Shown here: piece after piece, positions 61,029 to 64,000 of the stretch
How positions within the stretch are numbered: position 1 is the first letter of the stretch
How the letters are laid out: each line of letters opens with the position of its first letter
Assembly (NCBI GenBank): GCA_963725865.1
Contig: CAVSAC010000009.1
Span: 32,001-96,000 of the forward strand
Direction: 5' to 3'
DNA length: 64,000 nt
Origin: Candidatus Eiseniibacteriota bacterium
GTDB taxonomy: Bacteria; Eisenbacteria; RBG-16-71-46
The notes under the pieces: model-generated
The model's input: the letters and a program-made list of their open reading frames with translations, nothing else
Told to the model about the DNA's origin: nothing
Databases searched by the model: none
Program-made: the position numbers and the translations under genes

Positions 61029-61141
61029 GCGGACGGCGCGCACCGCGGGTGTGGCTTCGGCGATCGGCCCTCGCGCCCTGTCGAGAGTGGCAACACGGTC
61101 GAGGAACGGTTCCGGCTCTGCGCTCATGGAGGCGAGCCCGC

Positions 61142-62767
61142 TCACCCGCTCTCGGACGGCGTCGCGATCGCGGCCAGCATGCTCTCGCGGGACTCGTCCA
61201 CGATGCGCCCGGCGCGCCCGAGCAGCCGCCACCACATCACCCCCAGCGCCAGCGCCAGCGCGCTCGCCGCGAGCGCGGCGGCGAGTGCGCGCGCGGGCTC
61301 GGGGGCGAGCGCGTGCGCCAGTCCGCGCAGGATCGCCAACACCGCGAGCGTGGCGAACAGGCTCCCGGTCTGCAACAGTGCGGCGAGCGGGCTCGCGCCG
61401 GAGCCGCGCCGCCCGCGCGTGTCGACGCGCACCGGATGGCGCGCCGAGAGGTGGTTGCCGACCACGAGTGCCGCGAGCAGCAGCGCCAGCGCCCACGCCG
61501 CGGCCTCGAGCCCGGCGGCGCCGCGCACCGGGAAGCCGACGAAGCCGAGCGCCACCAGCGCCAGTCCCACGGTGAGGGCGAACTGCACCGCGGCGGCGAG
61601 GTCCTTGGCCAGCACCAGCGCGCGCCCCTCGAACGGGAGCAGGAACAGCAGCCGCAGTCCTTCGCGCTCGCCGCCGAACAGGCTCAGCGCCAGCGTCTGC
61701 ACCTGCAGGCTGAGCATGACGGTGACGAAGGGCCCCATGAAGGCGATCGCGTCCTTCCCCATGCCGCGCAACAGCAGCACGATGAACACGCCGTAGAGGG
61801 CGAAGCCCAGCAGCTGCGGCCCGCGCAGCGACAGCCGCAGCTCGCGCGCGAACAGCAGCGCCACCGCGCCGCGCCGCCCGTGCGGCGGGTGCGGCGCCCG
61901 CCGCACCGCGCCCGTCGCGCGCGCCGGCGCTGACGCCGACTCGGTCTCGCGGTCGAGGGCCACGCGATGGGCGAGTCGCCAGCCCAGCTCGACCAGCGCC
62001 ACCAGCAACAGGAGCGACGCGGCGAGCGCCGCGAGCGCGTACGGCCAGCGTCCGGCGAGCGCGTGCTCGGCCACCGCGGCGGGCCACGCCGCGAAGGGGT
62101 CGAGCCGGTGGAGCGCGTCGGCGGCGCGGGCGAGCCGCTCGGAGACGCCCATGCCGGGATGATCGAGCGCCCCCGCGACGCGCCGACGCACCTCGAGATA
62201 GATCAGGTAGCCGCCGCCGGCGATCAGGGTGGAGAGCGCCTCCTGCAGGTAGCGCAGCCAGCGCACCCGGCGCAGGTCGTCCACGAGCGTGAGCAGCAGC
62301 TGGAGCAGGGCGCCGGTGAGCTGCACCAGCATCGTGACCGCGAGCGCCGCCGCCGCGCCGGCCGCGGCGCCGCCGCGCGCCGCGGTGGCGGCCACCACCG
62401 CGACCAGCGCCGGCACCACCACCAGCGCCGCCGGCTCGACCATGCCGAACGCCACGCTCGCCAGGTACACGGTGCGCGGGTGCACCGGGTAGCGCAGCAT
62501 GCGGCGCAGGTCGAACGCCTCGCTCCAGCGGTTGAGGATCAGCACGATGCCGAGCCACGACGCCTGCGCAATCGCCAGCGCCACCACCACGCCCGGCGCG
62601 CCCTGCTCGCGCACGGTGACGTAGGCCAGCCGCGCGCCGCCGAGCCACGCGGGCGCGAACGACACCGCGAACACCCCCATCAGCACCAGCGCGAGCACCC
62701 GGCGCCTGGGCGGGATGGCGCGCCACCACAGCCGCGCCTTGAGCGCGAGCAGGCCCCGCACCGTCAT
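61142..62767 (-). CDS. ABC-2 type exporter permease (multi-TM)
   Basis: Hydrophobic protein with FGGEREGL..LFLLP....LVLAK; ATGA-coupled to the ATPase. Confidence 0.8.
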   Translation of the reverse strand: MTVRGLLALKARLWWRAIPPRRRVLALVLMGVFAVSFAPAWLGGARLAYVTVREQGAPGVVVALAIAQASWLGIVLILNRWSEAFDLRRMLRYPVHPRTVYLASVAFGMVEPAALVVVPALVAVVAATAARGGAAAGAAAALAVTMLVQLTGALLQLLLTLVDDLRRVRWLRYLQEALSTLIAGGGYLIYLEVRRRVAGALDHPGMGVSERLARAADALHRLDPFAAWPAAVAEHALAGRWPYALAALAASLLLLVALVELGWRLAHRVALDRETESASAPARATGAVRRAPHPPHGRRGAVALLFARELRLSLRGPQLLGFALYGVFIVLLLRGMGKDAIAFMGPFVTVMLSLQVQTLALSLFGGEREGLRLLFLLPFEGRALVLAKDLAAAVQFALTVGLALVALGFVGFPVRGAAGLEAAAWALALLLAALVVGNHLSARHPVRVDTRGRRGSGASPLAALLQTGSLFATLAVLAILRGLAHALAPEPARALAAALAASALALALGVMWWRLLGRAGRIVDESRESMLAAIATPSESG

Positions 62768-63549
62768 GCGCCGAGCCAGTCCAGCGTCGCGGTGCCGCGC
62801 GCCTGCGCGCCGACGCGCTCGAGGAACAGCGCCTCGAGCGGGCGCGGCGCGCCGTCGGCACCGCGGCGCAGCTCGTCGAGCGTGCCGTTCGCCACCAGCC
62901 GGCCCGCGGCGATGATGCCGACGTGCGTGCACAGGCGCTCGACGATCTCGAGCACGTGCGAAGTGAGGAACACCGTGGCGTGCCCGCTCGCCACCACGCG
63001 CTGGAGCAGCTCGCGGATGTGCGAGGTCGCCACGGCGTCGATGCCCTCGAACGGCTCGTCCAGGAACAGCAGGCGCGGGTTGTGGATCAGCGCGCACCCG
63101 AGCCCGAGCTTCTTGCGCATGCCGTGCGAGTACTCGCTCACCAGCCGGCGCGCGTCGGCGGCGAGACCCAGCGCCTCGAGCAGCTCGTCGGCGCGCGCGG
63201 CGGCGGTGGCGCGGTCGAGCCCGTAGGCCTCGCCCACGAAGCGCAGGTGCTCGGCGCCGGTGAGGCGCTCGAACAGGTAGAGCCCGTCGGGCACCACGCC
63301 GATGGCGCGGCGCAGCGCGATCGGGTCCTTCACCACGTCGATGCCGAGCACGCTGGCGCTGCCGCGGGTGGGCGAGAGCAGGCCGGTGAGGATGTTGATG
63401 GTGGTCGACTTGCCCGCGCCGTTGGGACCGAGGAAGCCGTAGAACGCGCCCGCCGGCACCTCGAGGTCGAGCGCGTCCACCGCGGTGGTGCCGTCGAAGA
63501 CGCGCGTCAGGCCGCGGGTGACGACGACGGGATCGCGGTCGGCGGACAT
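62764..63549 (-). CDS. ABC transporter ATP-binding protein
   Basis: GPNGAGKST, YSHGMRKK, LFLDEPFEGID. Confidence 0.93.
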   Translation of the reverse strand: MSADRDPVVVTRGLTRVFDGTTAVDALDLEVPAGAFYGFLGPNGAGKSTTINILTGLLSPTRGSASVLGIDVVKDPIALRRAIGVVPDGLYLFERLTGAEHLRFVGEAYGLDRATAAARADELLEALGLAADARRLVSEYSHGMRKKLGLGCALIHNPRLLFLDEPFEGIDAVATSHIRELLQRVVASGHATVFLTSHVLEIVERLCTHVGIIAAGRLVANGTLDELRRGADGAPRPLEALFLERVGAQARGTATLDWLGA

Positions 63550-63606
63550 GGCGCTCCTCGAGAGGACTCTCGGTGATCCGGCATCAGGCGCGTCCTGCGG
63601 ACGTGG

Positions 63607-64000
63607 CTACTTCCCCCTGCCCTCGACCGGTGTGGCAGCGGCCGACTTCGCGGCCTCTTCGGCGGCGGCCTTGTCGGCATCAGCCTGAGCCGCGGCAGCA
63701 GTCGCGCCTGCCACCGGCTTGCCCTCGGCGACGGTCTTCAGCCGGGCGAGCCCTTTCTCGATGTCGGTGCCCAGCATGTTGTCCATGTCCATGAACATGC
63801 CGAGCGCTTTGCCGATGAAGTTGTGGTTCCCATCCATCGACCACGTCACGAGCGAGCCGGTCGGCGTGTCCGCGAGGGTGAGCGCACAGGTTGCCGTGGA
63901 CTTCATCGGCGCCACGAACTCGAGCTTCATGCCCACCTTCCGGCCAGGGACGCTCTCTTCGATCGTCATCCTGCCCTTGCCGACTTCCTTGGTGCTGCTC
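63607..64000 (-). CDS. SRPBCC (polyketide cyclase/dehydrase) family protein, 5' end outside the window
   Basis: EVGKGRMTI...LEFVAPM...VTWSMDG...MDMDNMLGTDIEKGLARLK. Confidence 0.85.
   Translation of the reverse strand, partial: SSTKEVGKGRMTIEESVPGRKVGMKLEFVAPMKSTATCALTLADTPTGSLVTWSMDGNHNFIGKALGMFMDMDNMLGTDIEKGLARLKTVAEGKPVAGATAAAAQADADKAAAEEAAKSAAATPVEGRGK

Overview
This is a very GC-rich bacterial chromosomal window with about 50 protein-coding genes and no rRNA, tRNA, CRISPR array, integrase or transposase that I can recognise. Five secreted proteins share a FlgD-Ig/T9SS-CTD-like C-terminal tail, which suggests an FCB-group organism such as Ca. Eisenbacteria (inference only). Many genes, including conserved ones (HU, lysC, glcD, glcF), carry clustered indels, most simply explained by long-read assembly error. 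Routine content includes ABC exporters, an amidohydrolase, an MprF-like protein, HU, CapA, aspartokinase, SDR/MDR oxidoreductases, a YcaQ-like glycosylase, a deoxyhypusine-synthase-like enzyme, a Met/Cys lyase, two hybrid histidine kinases and glcDEF. The most notable items are: (1) a three-gene unit at 30.9-34.5 kb in which a TPR Hanks kinase has a tyrosine-kinase-like catalytic loop (HRDVTARN) and is followed by a secreted/cytoplasmic pair of small 'DPxxVIDG' paralogs; (2) a stand-alone class II lanthipeptide locus (lanA + lanM); (3) a Cyc2-like cytochrome-porin fusion; (4) a second TPR kinase translationally coupled inside glcD-glcE; (5) a lower-GC block of duplicated GH-J-like secreted hydrolases, one with ATC at the start position, separated by a strongly structured spacer; (6) a single-gene insertion bounded by a direct repeat of at least 26 bp; and (7) two in-frame TAG codons in otherwise continuous reading frames.
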